Source: Octopus vulgaris
Taxonomy: Eukaryota
Direction: 5' to 3'
Assembly: GCA_951406725.2 (NCBI GenBank)
Contig: OX597816.1
Location: forward strand, 50,034,001-50,098,000
DNA length: 64,000 nucleotides
The translations under genes and the position numbers were made by a program. Positions 1 to 13,520 of the stretch are shown here, piece after piece; positions within the stretch are counted from its first letter, which is position 1; the number at the start of each line of letters is the position of its first letter. The notes beneath the pieces were generated by a model, which worked only from the letters and a program-made list of their open reading frames with translations, did not search any database and had not been told where the DNA came from.

Positions 1-199
1 GTAAAGATGGACAAAATACTGCTAAGCATCATCCACTAAACATCGTATGCCTTAGCATCAACAATAACAACAGTAGCAGTAGCAGTAGCAGCAGCAACAA
101 CAACAACAACAACATTAACCATCTTAATTTCCATATCTACAGAATATACAAAGCCATAACATGTTTTCTTACAACCTTAAAAGCCTTGCCTTAATGCAA

Positions 200-1386
200 G
201 AATATTGCAGAGAATGAAGTAATATTTAGAAGAAAACATCCTGGTTGTTGAAGGAAAGAGTGGATGCTATCAAGAATAATTTGCAAACAGGTTTTCAGCA
301 ACAAACAAAAGAGTGTATTGGAAAAATAAAGGCCATCCGCGTTAGAAGAATATGCCAAAGAGACTCGCTATTTGTCCTTTCCTTTTCTCTCTGGACTGAC
401 GTTTTTAACTGACATGCTAACCAAAACTGAGATGAACAAGTGACAGTGAATGCGCAAGAAGATTGAGTCATGATGAGAAGGAAATTCTAGAAATGTTTTG
501 CTGTAAAATGCGAGGGGTTAACAATAAAGTACCAGAAAATGTAAGATCTATGGACAAAGGAAAAATAAGGAGAGCCATAGGCAACATAAATGGCGTTTTG
601 AGATGAGCTACAACAGAGCACCTTAGTGAAACAAACCAAATAACCATAGGTGCTGTTAATGATGCAAATGACATAATAGGAAACAAGTGAAAGATTGTTG
701 AAGAAAAGAAAGGGAAAGAAAGGAAGGAACCAAACTGAAGAAAGAGAATACGAATGAAATTGGAAAAGACCCGGAGAGAACTGGGGCATTAAATAGGATA
801 ATGAGAGGAGAACGCATGAATCAGGTAGTAATCAGACATTTTTAATGTGTAGTATAGGTAAGATGAAATGGTAATGGCGTTAAAGGGCAAATTGAAACGA
901 TATGTTGTTAGATGCGAAGGTTTTGAGCATAACATATTGCTTCAAATGAAATAGTAGGCGTAATTTTGAGGAAATAGAGGGATAACGACTTAATTGAGTG
1001 ATTCATCATGTTGAAGAAAGGAAGTAAAATATTTGCAGAAGAACTTCGGAACAGGACAGCGTGGCCTGCAGAAAGGGCAGAGTTGCTGACACAAGCGGAG
1101 AGACAACTTCCAACTGTGTTAAGACAAATGGACGTTAGAATTGATATCTGTTCGCTGAGACTGAAGTTTAAAAAATAGAAAATTCAAAAGGACCATGCCC
1201 ACATGGAGTGCAAGCTAAATAATTTTACTTAGTTGCATGAAAGGATGGTTGGCGACCTTGATGAATATCTGCAGCAGAAACTCGTCTGTACCTGGATGAC
1301 AAGTTGCCGAAAGCTGTTATCTCCCAAGGACTCCTTGAAAAGCAAATTGGTATCAAAATGTCCGACCTATAACTTGTTTATCACTT
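200..1386 (+). pseudogene. Degraded R4/Dong-like non-LTR retrotransposon fragment (N-terminal region to start of RT)
   Basis: Interrupted frames read TTEHLSETNQI, KEPN*RKRI, ALKGKLKRYVVRCEGF, KGPCPHGVQ...LHERMV...WMTSCRKLLSPKD and RPITCL. These match the RLE-clade motifs EPWWKRRI, KAPGPDGI and NYRPITCL. Many stops and frameshifts. Confidence 0.7.
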
Positions 1387-2655
1387 AAAAACACAATTAC
1401 ACTAACCGCTAATGGAACTGTCCTCTCTCTATTCTCCTCTCTCAAAACTTCAGTCGCATGCTAAGATTTAGCCCCTTTTCTAGGATCATGCTTCTCAGTC
1501 TAGCTCATCTACACCACCTACTCTTGTACCCTCACTACAAGTGAAAATTAAAAACGTTGATCAATCGTTGGACAATGTGGTAGATATCTCTCTTCCGTCA
1601 CTCTAATCGGGTTCAGCTCCTTTCACTAAGGCCTCACTTTTCCGGCGAAAGAAAGGGGGCGGGACGATCTGCAGAGTGGATGCGGTTTATAGCCCTATCC
1701 GTCCTAAACGCAGTAGCAAGGTTTCAGCATAACTCCCAAGTACGCAATGTTTGGGCCCATGATGAATTTGTGCAGAAGTTTCTTTTGTCTAAACGCGTCT
1801 CATATAGGCGCAGATGATAACACTTTCATACTGCAAGGAACAAAATCTGCCGCCACCCAGCATGGAATTCCCCCATGGTAGCACAGCTAGATCAGACATT
1901 TCTGGAATTATCCATAGGTTCTAGTCCGGAAGTTCTCCGCAACAGATCAATCATCTATTTTCTCTGTCTAGTTTCCATGAGATATGTACCTCATCAACTT
2001 TCTATATAGAATTCTACGGAATGTCAACCGACAGCATTGTCCAAATAGTACAAGGCTCTCACCATCTTGCGACAGTCTACGTGCCAATCCCGCTTCCTCG
2101 ATGTTTGCTTGAGCTAGGACTGTAAAGCAATCTAACACACAAGTTACCTAAATACACTCCTGAGATGAAGACGGGTTAACATCAAAGAAACACTGGAACT
2201 GTAGACTCAACGCTCAGGAATAAGCTTTGAGAGTTAATTACAGCAGGTTCCAAATAGATAAGCGTATTAAAACGTCCCTTTGTAGGATATGAAGCATCAA
2301 AAGTGAAACACTCTAATATAATGTGTGTAAGTGTAGCAAATTAATTCGAAAGGATTACATAAAGAGGTATGCTAACATTAATTGTAGATTGTGTGAGAAG
2401 AGGGTTTTGAAAGGACATTGAAATGGTACCAACCTATAATACAACCATTCACTACAACCAGTTGTCCGTCACCCCAAGTCCAGAGATACATTTATCTCAG
2501 TTCATTTCCAGATGAGACCAGCCAGTATGCTGTTCACTTCTTTTCAAATCTTGTTCAACTGGACCAGATCAAACTCTAACTAATTTAACCTCTCCATATG
2601 TCCAGAACACACAACGATGTTGGATGTCATGGATTAGACATAATGAACAGCCAAC

Positions 2656-2790
2656 GAAGACCAACATTGGCTTTCATCCTTTCAGGATCGATAAATTAAG
2701 TACCAGTTGCCTACTGGGGTCGATCTAATCGACTGCTCCCCTCCTCCCCCCACAAATTTCGGCCCTTATGCCTGAAGTAAAAAAAAAATA
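2656..2790 (+). mobile_element. 5'-truncated tRNA-derived SINE (family M) with A-tail and 16-bp TSD
   Basis: Core GCTTTCATCCTTTCAGGATCGATAAATTAAGTACCAG, then an A-run. Flanked by the exact direct repeat ATAATGAACAGCCAAC at 2640-2655 and 2791-2806. Confidence 0.85.
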
Positions 2791-3367
2791 ATAATGAACA
2801 GCCAACCGAAATGTGAAGCTACAGGCTCAATGATTTCTGGTTAAAAATTACTCCTGTCAACGCTTCGTATTCCTTTGGAGCAATATCAGTCAACTCGATT
2901 CGTTTGTGCCCGACAATATTACCGTGACGAAATAAGCAAACACAGACCTGCATCGTATTTTTCACGGAACCCCACTCAAAATCTGCAACTACTTCTCAGG
3001 AGGATTCCATAGTGAGGAGCCTTCAGAACAGCCAACATGGACTGATGATTGAACCTATAGGGTCATACCTTTTACCTTAACTTTCTATGATGAAATACTT
3101 ATAATATTAGAGTGGATAAGAACGAAATAAAAAAAAAAGTTAATTGATTGCAGACGATAAATTTGATTATTACTTCTATCGTAATTGGCACAAACTGATA
3201 ATAAGCTGGCTGAAGTATACTGATGTACAGCAAGGTGTCATCTTATATACTGCAAGAAAACCAAGAAAGCTTCTTGTGAATTGAAAACATTTGTTATAAC
3301 AAAACTCAAAGAGTAACACCCCTGCTAACTAAATAAGCAAATAATATATTACTACTACTACTGCTAT

Positions 3368-3502
3368 GGAGGCACATGGTCTAGTGGTTAGAGCAGCGGA
3401 CTCGCGGTCCAGGGATCGCGGGTTCGAATCTCAGACCTGGCGAGGAAACCGGGAAATCGGCCCTTGTGAGCCAGGCATTGCTCGAGAAAGAACAAACTGC
3501 TA
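3368..3502 (+). mobile_element. tRNA-derived SINE related to family B (OR-like), short or internally deleted
   Basis: A-box-like TGGTCTAGTGG and B-box GGTTCGAATC; head similar to the copy at 31726. Confidence 0.7.
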
Positions 3503-3571
3503 CCGAACACCATATAATTTAGTACTGCTGACATTCTATAATACATTTAGATTGTAAAGGCAACATTTATT

Positions 3572-3762
3572 GGTTTCAAATTTTGGCAAAGGCTAGTAAT
3601 TTCAGAAGAGGTGAGTAGTCGAGTACATCGGTTCCTGTGCTCACTTTATCGATCGCGAAATAATGAAATACATAATCGAATTCGGCGGAATTCAAACCAA
3701 AAGAGTAGAGAGGGAAGAAATGCATTTTACCCGGCATACTAACAATTCCACCAGCTCGTCGC
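3572..3762 (-). mobile_element. SINE family M copy (degraded)
   Basis: Reverse-complement similarity to the family M head and core (TTTATCGATC..., GGCGGAATTC, CCAGCTCG). Confidence 0.6.
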
Positions 3763-5304
3763 ATTAAAGGCTCCATTTCTAGAACATACTTTAGTACGTT
3801 CCATGTATTAAAGTAATGTGTGATTTTTTTAAACTTTAAAAAGAGCAAAGACTGCAAATATATTTGAGAATGGTTGGGATTAATCCTCAGGCAAGAAAGC
3901 TAATTAAATAATCTACGAGATTAACGGTAATGTTATTGCGTTAATTTATTTATAAAATTGTGTTTTGCTTGTGCCGGAGTGAATAATCAAAATTTGACAA
4001 AGATGTTATTGAAAAAACAGTGAACTTGTGAAAGAAAAAATATATTTCTCAAGTGAATAACGTGCTTGCTATTCGTTCAGAATTTCATTTTTCACTTGAC
4101 ACAATGTAAAAAGGTCGACAAAAAATGCGTGGGAAAGTGACTCTAATCCTCGAATGTCACAAAATTTACGAAATATAAATTCATTTCTATAAAGTAAATT
4201 TTGCCTGAGCAGAATTATACGCACATACTTTCCCATGCTTACGCACATGCACACATACACATTCCAACAAACATATATACACACATGTATATAACAGGGT
4301 TGTGGTTTGATCATTTTTCAGAATGTCATAAAATAATAGAGGTAAAGACTCACACAAATGCAAAAACTGCACATGTACAGACATAACTATACACATGCAG
4401 ATATGCATTATACATATATACATATTCAATACGTAAATATGTGTGAAACAGGAATTTATCTGCAAAGTCGATTTTCCGTTTTTTTTCCACCAGGTTATAA
4501 AATAAAATGGGGGAAGCACAAAACCATGCACACGTGCATATTAATATCCTTAATGTTGATACGGTCATTTAACATCAGTTGTAAACAAAATCAAGACGAA
4601 GAGAAACGAAGGAAAACAAGTGTTGGTTTAGATAGCCTACGACCCACCACAATTATGAGTGTCTGTTCTCTCTTTATATAAATTTACTACATATAGACAG
4701 TGCTGATGGATAAGCAGACTCGTTTGATAGCGTACTACTGTAATCAAAAATATCAAATTTAAATTTAAAAAAAGGTAAACCTGATATTTAATTCAGAAGC
4801 ACACAGACATGTGAAATAGGAGCTGATGCAAATTCTAGAGCTCGTAAAAATTTTAGTCAGGTTAAAAGAAAAACATACATACAACATTAAAACGTAGACA
4901 CCCACACTGGATTATTCATAAATAACGCAATATCACGTACGAACCCTACAAGATACCTAAAGTTTTATTTTTTTAAAGGATTCGCTCAATGGGCTTCAGT
5001 TCTGCTTGAACAACATCTTAAACGCTGTAGTCGTTCATGTGAAAACAAATACCAACTGCAGTGTTGTGGTTATTTTATTACTTTTTGTTGGTCGAAGCAG
5101 AAACATACGGAATATAACACGATAAAACATAAACAAGTATTTCCGTAAATATAAACAGACACAGATATGTGTATCATATACATATATGCGTGTAAATTTG
5201 AATTTCACTGTGCATATGTGTATATACAAATGAATGTATTTAAGTATGTATGTATAAATGCATTTATGTATGTATGTGTATTCTCTCCCACTCTCACTTC
5301 CTGT

Positions 5305-5350
<46 letters not shown>

Positions 5351-5488
5351 TATAATACACTTATTTGTTTTTGTGCATAATTACTTTTCGAGTAAGCTTT
5401 GAAGATGCGAATGCATATTTCACCTAAAACGTATAGTATAATCCTAGTTACATGCATACCTAAGTTGATTTATATACATACAAATGTA

Positions 5489-6465
5489 TAGGGTGCGGTG
5501 GATATATTGTCGTCTAAATTACGCAAAAATGAAAATAACACCGACACCTCATTTTAACAGATATATTTACCAAAATTACATGGAAATATATTGAAATACT
5601 AAAGAGTAGATATATTCAATAAAATCTCCATTGGCTTCAACCACGGCCTCCAGACGACTTCGGAATATCTTACAACTCCTCTGGAAGGTCTCCTTGTGTA
5701 AGTTGGTGAATGCTGCCAAAATCCTTGCTGCGCACATAATGAGGTCGCAGAGTTAGGTGGCCAGCTGTTAGGGTGATTTGGTCGCAGAAATTGTCTAACA
5801 GCCATGACTATGTTCTCCTGCTTGTGTAGCATATAACAGAGTCCAGTTGCCAGATATACATTCTTCCAGAATCCAACGTCTTGACTCGGGGCAGCGCTAA
5901 CACCACAAGGTACTTGATATACTCCTCCCAGTTGAGTCTGAGGCCATGTGGGAAGGCGAATGAAGGCATAATGCCACCATCATTAGGGATCACTCCAAAC
6001 AACATAATGTTGATTGGATGTTTGATATTTATCTGGCAAAACTTTTTTCGTCTGAGAAAAGCCAAGCATGTTCGGTTGGATGGGGATGCTTGAGTTTGTG
6101 GAAAAGCGTCGTAGCGCGGTCTTTGCGCTTGTCTTTGATGGCTTGGGATAAAACTTGACCCTTTCCATCTTGTACAAGGATGACCGAATGTCTTTATCAC
6201 TACTTGATTGATAAGAATCTCACAAGCGCACGTGTTCCTGGCAATGGACCTGATTGAATTGAAAAATTGTTGTTAATCATTGTCTGGATCTCACCAACAG
6301 ATTCAGGAGTTCTTTTCTTATTAGAATTATCAGAGTGAGTTTTCCGAGCTGCCATACCTTAGACTCATATTTACGAATCCTCTGCACTGTCCTTAGATTG
6401 ACACCCAAACAATCTGAAATGTTCGTACTGAAGATGCCGGCGCGAATGCCTATCAGTACAGCATA
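5489..6465 (-). mobile_element. Degraded Tc1/mariner (maT/DD37D-like) transposon
   Basis: Minus frames give HTH-like VLIGIRAG..SDCLGVNLRTVQRIRK, then KHPINIMLFGVI.NDG.IMP..FPHGLRLN, YIWQLDS..CYTSRRT, WPPNS and C-terminal FRSRLEAVVEANGDFIE. Probable TIR after TA at ~5489. Stops, frameshifts and deletions present. Confidence 0.8.
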
Positions 6466-6487
6466 ATTTTTGTATTGCTTTATTTTT

Positions 6488-6759
6488 TTCAGTCATGTGA
6501 CTCGGCCATGCTGGAACACTGCATTTAGTTCAAGAAATCGACACTGGGATTTATTCTTTGTAAGTATAGTACTTGTTCTATCAGTGTCTTTTGCCGAACA
6601 GCCAAGTTATGGGAACTTAAACACAGCAATATCGGTTGTCAAGTAATGGTGAGGGTACAAACACACACAGACACAAAAATATACACATATATATGACAGT
6701 CTTCTTTCATTTGCCATGTATTAAATCCACTCACAAGACTTTGGTCGACATTAGTGAGG

Positions 6760-6813
<54 letters not shown>

Positions 6814-7110
6814 GTATGTGTGTGTATGTATATATATACATATATATATATATCCATATATATAAACATATTCATATATAGATAGCCATATATATTACTC
6901 TTTTACTTGTTTCAGTCATATGAGTGTTGCCATGCTAGAACACAGCGTTTTAGTTGAAGAAATCGACTCCTGGACTTCTTCCTTCTTAAGCCTGTTGTAT
7001 ATTTTATCGATTCCTTATGCCGAACCGCTAAATTACGGCAAAGTAAATACACCAACATCGATTGTCAAGTGATGGAAGAGAGGACAAACGCAGACACAAA
7101 TACACATACT
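6488..7110 (-). mobile_element. Two partial copies of tRNA/CORE-like SINE family A with internal (TA)n
   Basis: TCAGTCA...GGCCATGCTGGA...TTTGCCGAAC...CATCGGTTGTCAAG blocks match the full copy at 48633-49068. Confidence 0.75.
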
Positions 7111-8044
7111 AAGATCAACCTTCTTTTTCTGCCGGTCGATAAAATGATATACCAGTACTAGGGCCAATTGTATCAACTATATTCGTTCTATCAAAATTAT
7201 TAGCCTTGTGCTTAATTTAGAAACAGTTGTATATTGAGGAGGTAAATGCGTTCTGTCAGGTTATCAGAGGTCGTCAATTATTACAACGTGAAAATATGTC
7301 GAAAATCATTTTATGTTGCACAAATTTGAAGCAGTGGGATAAGGATATAATTAAATGCATTATATTATCGCAGTTTGAGTTAGGAATAATAATATAATTT
7401 GCAAATGAAAATGCTCTTTTATAACGTTAGTAAACATCCTAATTTACGATAGCTTTTAAAAACGTTTTCCAAACAATTTCGACGGAAACGAAATGATTTA
7501 TAGAGATCAAACGGTAAAAAGAGGTAAAAGCATTTAAATCCTATACACAATATCTTCAGTTCACCACAAAAAAGAGAGAGAAATAATTCATTTGAAATAG
7601 AAAATAACAAGACAAGTGATAAAGGCAAAAGTTGTAGCTATAGTATGAATAAACAATTCGAAATAGAAATAATGTTTATCGTCTTTATATTTAATGGAGC
7701 GACCCTTAACAGAAAAATCGGTAGAAATAGTTATGGGTGTATTGAGGGCAAACCGATTTAATTAAAGGGTGAGGCGGCAGAAACCCATGGTTAATCTCAT
7801 CCGACACAACGTTTGGATACATATTTCTCCGTTCCTGTCTTTTACATTTACCTTACAATTACTGCGTGTTTTAATTAATTATTATTTACACATACAATCT
7901 AAAATAGCCTTATATTGTGTAAGAAAAAGCCTATACTTGAACTTATAAGTGATTTTCAAATTTTTTGAGAGTTACATTTTCAACAGTTTGGATAATCTGT
8001 TAATACTAATAGTTATCTTTACATATATATTTTTCTTTTTCTTT

Positions 8045-8252
8045 TCTTTTATATGTTTCGGTGACTTGACTGCGGGCATGCTGTGTCACTGCCTTTTAGA
8101 CGAACAAATCGACCGCAGGACTTACTCTTTGTAAGCCTAATACTTATTCTATCGGCCTATTTTGCCGAACCGTTAATTTACGGGGGAGTAAACACACCAA
8201 CATCGGTTGTTAATCGATCGAAGGTGGGATACAGATAAACACACACATACAC

Positions 8253-8328
<76 letters not shown>

Positions 8329-8486
8329 GACGGGTTCCTTTCAGTTTCCGCCGCCGACGACCAAAGCCACTTACAAGGCTTTGGTCGGCCCGAGGCTAAA
8401 TTACAAGACACTTGCTCAAGGTGACACGCAGTGGTACTAAACATGTAGTCGGTAAGCAAGCTATTTACCACACAGCTACTCCTGCG

Positions 8487-8490
<4 letters not shown>
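8045..8490 (-). mobile_element. SINE family A, near full-length
   Basis: Colinear with 48633-49068, including CACTTGCTCAAGGTG.CACGCAGTGG and the head ACCACACAGCTACTCCTGCGCCTA. Confidence 0.85.
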
Positions 8491-8545
<55 letters not shown>

Positions 8546-8565
8546 ATACATATATATATATATGT

Positions 8566-8623
<58 letters not shown>

Positions 8624-8739
8624 ACATATGTATATGTATATATATATGTATATATGATATATTTATTATTTATTTATATATATTATGGCAAGGGTCTATA
8701 CATAAAAATACACACACCCATTCCGTTATTCTTGTATAG

Positions 8740-9046
8740 TTTGACTTGTTTCAGTGATTTGACTGCAGTAGTGAAAAAACACCCAGGTAAATCGATCCCA
8801 GGATATATTCTTTTTAAGACTGGTACTTATTCCATCTGTCTCACTTTTTACGGAGATGTAAACATACCAACATCTGTTGTCAAGCGATGGTCGGGAGACA
8901 AACAAAGAAACACAGACACACGTAAAGATATAAATACATATCTATAAACACGACGGGCTTCTTTTAGTTTCATTCTACCAAATTCACTCACAAATCTTTG
9001 GTCGGGCCCGTGGCTATAGTAGAGGACACTTGCCCAAGGTGCTACA
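8740..9046 (-). mobile_element. SINE family A, partial
   Basis: ACTTGTTTCAGT...ACGACGGGCTTC...CACTTGCCCAAGGTGC. Confidence 0.75.
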
Positions 9047-9056
9047 CATTATTATT

Positions 9057-9199
9057 TGTGTACCTTGGGTATGTGCTATTGTTTGCTGTGATGCTCAGTA
9101 TTGAACGGGTTATACGTAGGAAGTTTGCGCTGCCTAGTAGAGCTATTTTCTGTATGTCATATATGCTTGTAATTCCTGCTACTTTTAAGTCATTGTGTC

Positions 9200-9200
<1 letters not shown>
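9057..9200 (-). mobile_element. Short 3' fragment of an R4/Dong-like retrotransposon in (ATT)n
   Basis: Encodes GITSIYDIQKIALLGSANFLR, compare NIQKIALLGTAHILR at 60707. Shares 3'UTR CCTTGGGTATGTGCT. Flanked by ATT repeats. Confidence 0.75.
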
Positions 9201-9250
<50 letters not shown>

Positions 9251-11204
9251 GTGTTTGAAAATGCATAACACATACAAGAATTACAGGCATTTTAGAAGAT
9301 ATACTGAAAATTGTTTTGGCTAAAAAAATACCTATGCCAGAAATAGCATGATTTGCTATTCTATTTCATGGAATGCCTAAATATGTGTCATTTTATTTGA
9401 TTTGCCAATGACATTACAGAACTGGTTTGCGTTCCTGCTGTTGTACTAAGCTCAATATAATCATAGACAAGGCTGCGAAAATGGTATTTGCTGTCATCAC
9501 TAGAAAGTTTTATCAAAAACCTGGACAATAGCATGAAATATATTGCAAGCCCTTGTCATGTGAGCATCAGAGAAGTAGTGATTAAAAATATACAGGACAG
9601 AACAAAAAAGAGAAATAAAACTAGTAAACAATAAGACCATTTTATTAGAGAGCTTGGAAGAGAAGAGAGAAAGAGGGGGAAAGAGAGAGAGAGGGAAAGA
9701 GAGAGACAGGGAAAGAGAAAGATGATATGTTTTAGGCATTTAATTAGTACCGCATATAACAGATGGAAAAATGAAAGGCTAAAGAGGAGGGCCAGGGCCA
9801 GGGATAATGCAGATATATTAATGCATCAGAAACGAAATCATATATCAGTGAAGATATAAGGACAAACAAAAAAATATAGATGATTGTGGTAGTGTTGGGG
9901 ATAGTGGTCATGTTGTTTGTGATGGTGGTGATGATTGTGTTGGTGATGAGGATGATGACGATGATAATGACGATGATGATGATGATGATGGCGAATACTA
10001 TGATAATGTTAATTTTCTAACAGCCAACTGTTGTTTTTATTCAACAGCTTTCTTGGTGTAATTCCTGAATTATCTTAGATATGTTGCCAAGTGTTTATTA
10101 AAATTTGTTATTGCTAAGACAATAACTACTAGATTAGTACACTATCGTAATTTGTTTAATAAAAATCGAGCCAAACTTATTAAGAAACTTACCGGTATAT
10201 CTATATGCTTGAACTCCGCAGTATTTCTGCGTTTTTATTTTATAAGATACGCGGGTGTTCATATGAGTACCAGAAAGATTTCTCCAATGAAGTTGAACTT
10301 CGATGGCTAGCTTTTCTGCGACATTGTCTTCAATATAGTACGTCTATACTTCTGTAGCATATTTTGATTCAATACAAGTGATGCTTTCTCATTGCTAGTG
10401 TAAAAGATATAGATATTCGTTTCACAAAACCACTGTATTAACAACTTGTGTCGCAAATGTTATTGCATAAATTGTCCTTATATAAGCTGCATTTGTTTAG
10501 CGAAGCATTCACCAGTATGTACGTACGTACGTATGTATGTATGTATGTATGTATGTATGTATGTATGTATGTATGTATGTATGTATGTATGCATGTATGT
10601 ATGTATGTATGTATGTATGGTAGGTAGGTAGGTATGTTTGTATGTATCTATGTATGCATGAATATTTGTATGTACGCATGTATGCATATATTTACTTATA
10701 AGTCTATCTATTTATCGATCGATCTACATATCTATTTATCAATCTATCTACATGAGTTGTCAACGTATGTGAATATCATCATTTATTTGTGTCAGTCATT
10801 GGACTACAACTGTGTTCGTGCATTGCTTTTAAGGGTTATAGTCGAACAAATTGACCCTGTACTTGCCCTTTCAAAAATTCTATATTATCCTTAAAATCTC
10901 TTTAGCCGAACAGCACAGCTATGTTGATAGGATACATCAAACAAGTACTAGTTCTAAAGCCTACGGTTACACACACACATACACACATACACACACACAC
11001 ACTCACTTCTCTCTCTCTCTCTCTCTCTCTCTCACACTCTCTTTTTAACACATACACACACAAGCACACACATGCACACAAATATATGCAATGGAAACAT
11101 CTAGAAGACGCTGTTTCCTTTCCACTCACCAAAGTGGATAGACTTTTGGGCAGGAGGAACTGATGTCGATCAGATGGTATGCAACGAGTCAGAGATTTAG
11201 CGCG

Positions 11205-11425
11205 CATGTGCTCGCAGCCACATCTATTTATATAGATAGATCGCTGGCCACTACATATTCTTTATTTTCTCTCCTTGTTTATTTCTGTGTTCCTTTCTGT
11301 GGAAGAGCGCAGGCAAGAAAAGTTAAAGACTTTTTCAATTCCCGAGCGTTATACTAATGCATCTGTTTGCTGTCTACACCACCTGTCTTCGTCTTTTGTT
11401 TTGTTTTGTGAATTCTCCCTATATT
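11205..11425 (+). mobile_element. Probable Penelope-like pLTR relic
   Basis: GAAGAGCGCAGGCAAGAAAAGTT resembles a degenerate minimal hammerhead of Penelope pLTRs. Assignment is from recognition only. Confidence 0.35.
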
Positions 11426-11607
11426 TATATATATATATATATATAATATATATATGTGTATATATATCATCTTATAATCATCTCATAATAATGACTTTTA
11501 TGACCCATTACTACCTCAGTCCATCTAAATGTATATATTTGCAATGTGCATTTTCGTTGATTTTTCATATTTTACCCTTATATTTCCACGTGTATTTCAT
11601 ATTTTCT

Positions 11608-11790
11608 TTGGTACATGGTCAGCAATTCCGGGGGCAACACGTAAGTAGTATTTAACTCGCACTCATTTTATCGACCCCGAGGAGAATTAAAAGAACAGTC
11701 GACATAGAGAGTATTTAAACTCAGAAAGTAAAAACGGGCGAAATGACACTAGGGAATTTGCCCTGTGCTATAACCAATCTACCAGCTGGT
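11608..11790 (-). mobile_element. SINE family M copy (degraded)
   Basis: TTTTATCGACCCCG...GTCGAC...AACTCAGAA...GGCGAAAT. Confidence 0.65.
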
Positions 11791-12664
11791 CTTATATATT
11801 TGCATATTAATAACAAAATACCAAATTACAAATATCGATCTATATCAATTTAAAATATCTCTACATCATTTGTATATATATATGTTTATAAATTATTAAA
11901 GTGGCTATTCGCAATTTGCAACCGAAATGCCATAAAAATACTCGTCATTAAAATGACGGAGGGAGTTAGTAAGCACCAATATTGCTTGTCACACTCGTCA
12001 ATCTTACGTGGCTTAAAGTCGTTTTGACTCTTATTTCTAGCAATGCTAGTGCTGAATAGCAACCTCCGTCACTTTAGTGACGACTACATCCATATAAAAA
12101 CAAATTTGTGTATGTGTGTGTATGTGTGTGTGAATGAGTGTGTAGTATTTCATATCATTTATTCATTCTTATTTACATAACGGCCTTTCAGTCTATATCA
12201 AGCCTTCTTAATGATATTTGGACTACATCTACCGAACAAAGGACAAATTAAGCAGCTACTTGGATATTACATGGTTTTCATAGATGAGACTACTTATGTC
12301 ATACTTCTGGTCTATCACGTTCACATCTAAGGCTAAATAGCATATTTAAGAAGCAATAGTAATCGCATTTACGATAGAAACAACAAAAATAACGACAACA
12401 GCAATGAAAACTAAGACAATTGGGCCACTACATAGCATATATAAATACACATGCACACACATTCATCCTTACATAATAAACACACACACACACACGCACA
12501 GACAAATATATATATATAGAGATATATATATATATTATATGTAGAAAAATACAAACTGGGACAAGAACGTAAAACATTTAGAAGACGATACAAAAAACAC
12601 GGACGGGACATTCGAAGCCTACAATCTTCAGTCATATATATATATACAGACATAAACTCATACC

Positions 12665-12738
<74 letters not shown>

Positions 12739-12899
12739 TATATACATGTATATGTAAATATATGTACATGCATACATACACATATACATATATATATATG
12801 CATATATATATATATACATATATATATATGTATATATATATATAATATCTACATACAGACACACTCACACGGACACACAGACACACACACACACGTATA

Positions 12900-13020
12900 T
12901 GGGTAGAGGCCTAGCTTAGGTTAAGAAGTTTCCTTCCCAATGATGTGGTCTGGGTTCAGTCAGATTGGCACATGGGGCAAGTGTCTTGTACTATAGCGAG
13001 TATCTGAAGAAAGCCCGTTC

Positions 13021-13106
<86 letters not shown>

Positions 13107-13520
13107 CGGAGACCCCTTCAGTCACGACACAGACCATGGGATTGCACCTAGAAAGTTACCCTCCCAGACACAAGTCCGAGCGAGGTTGTTTATGGAAGAC
13201 CAGCAGTCGCCCATTTATACCAGCCTCCCCTCTCCACGCCACCAGTGTTATCTAAGGGAAAGACAAAGATCGATACAGCTTGGAACCAGTGACGTCGCAA
13301 CTCAATTCTACAGCTGAGTGAACTGGAGCAACGTGAAATAAAGTGACTTGCTCAAGAACACAACACGCAGCCCGGTCCGGGATTCGAGCTCACAACCTCA
13401 CGATCGTAAGCTCGACGCTCTAAACACTGAGCCATGCGCCTTCACATATATATATATATATAAATTCTTCAAGACTTTGCTCCACCATGGCCGCAGTCTA
13501 AGGACTGAAACAAGTTACAG
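12900..13520 (+). mobile_element. SINE family A (plus strand) interrupted in its internal (TA)n by a family C SINE
   Basis: Head GGGTTCAGTC..GGGGCAAGTGTCTT at 12950-12990; tail GCTCCACCATGGCCGCAGTC..GACTGAAACAAGT at 13479-13515. Confidence 0.6.
13109..13444 (-). mobile_element. tRNA-derived SINE family C, full-length
   Basis: Minus strand begins GAAGGCGCATGGCTCAGTG.TTAGAGCG (A box) with B-box-like GCTCGAATCCC. Body CAGCTGAGTGAACTGGAGCAACGTGAAAT is shared with 47347-47596. Confidence 0.8.

Noticed and set aside
1400-2250. Higher-GC stretch with an LFRRKKGGG-like motif, possibly another retroelement relic
   Set aside because: No sustained frame or second diagnostic motif; cannot be assigned without a search.
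3368-3440. Apparent tRNA gene
   Set aside because: Has A/B boxes but no complete acceptor stem or terminator; matches the SINE head at 31726.
8178-8947. Long ORFs rich in YI/CV/HT repeats (also 4.2, 5.0, 10.4, 12.4, 19.4, 25.1, 31.6 and 36.4 kb)
   Set aside because: Translations of (TA)n, (TG)n and (TATG)n microsatellites.
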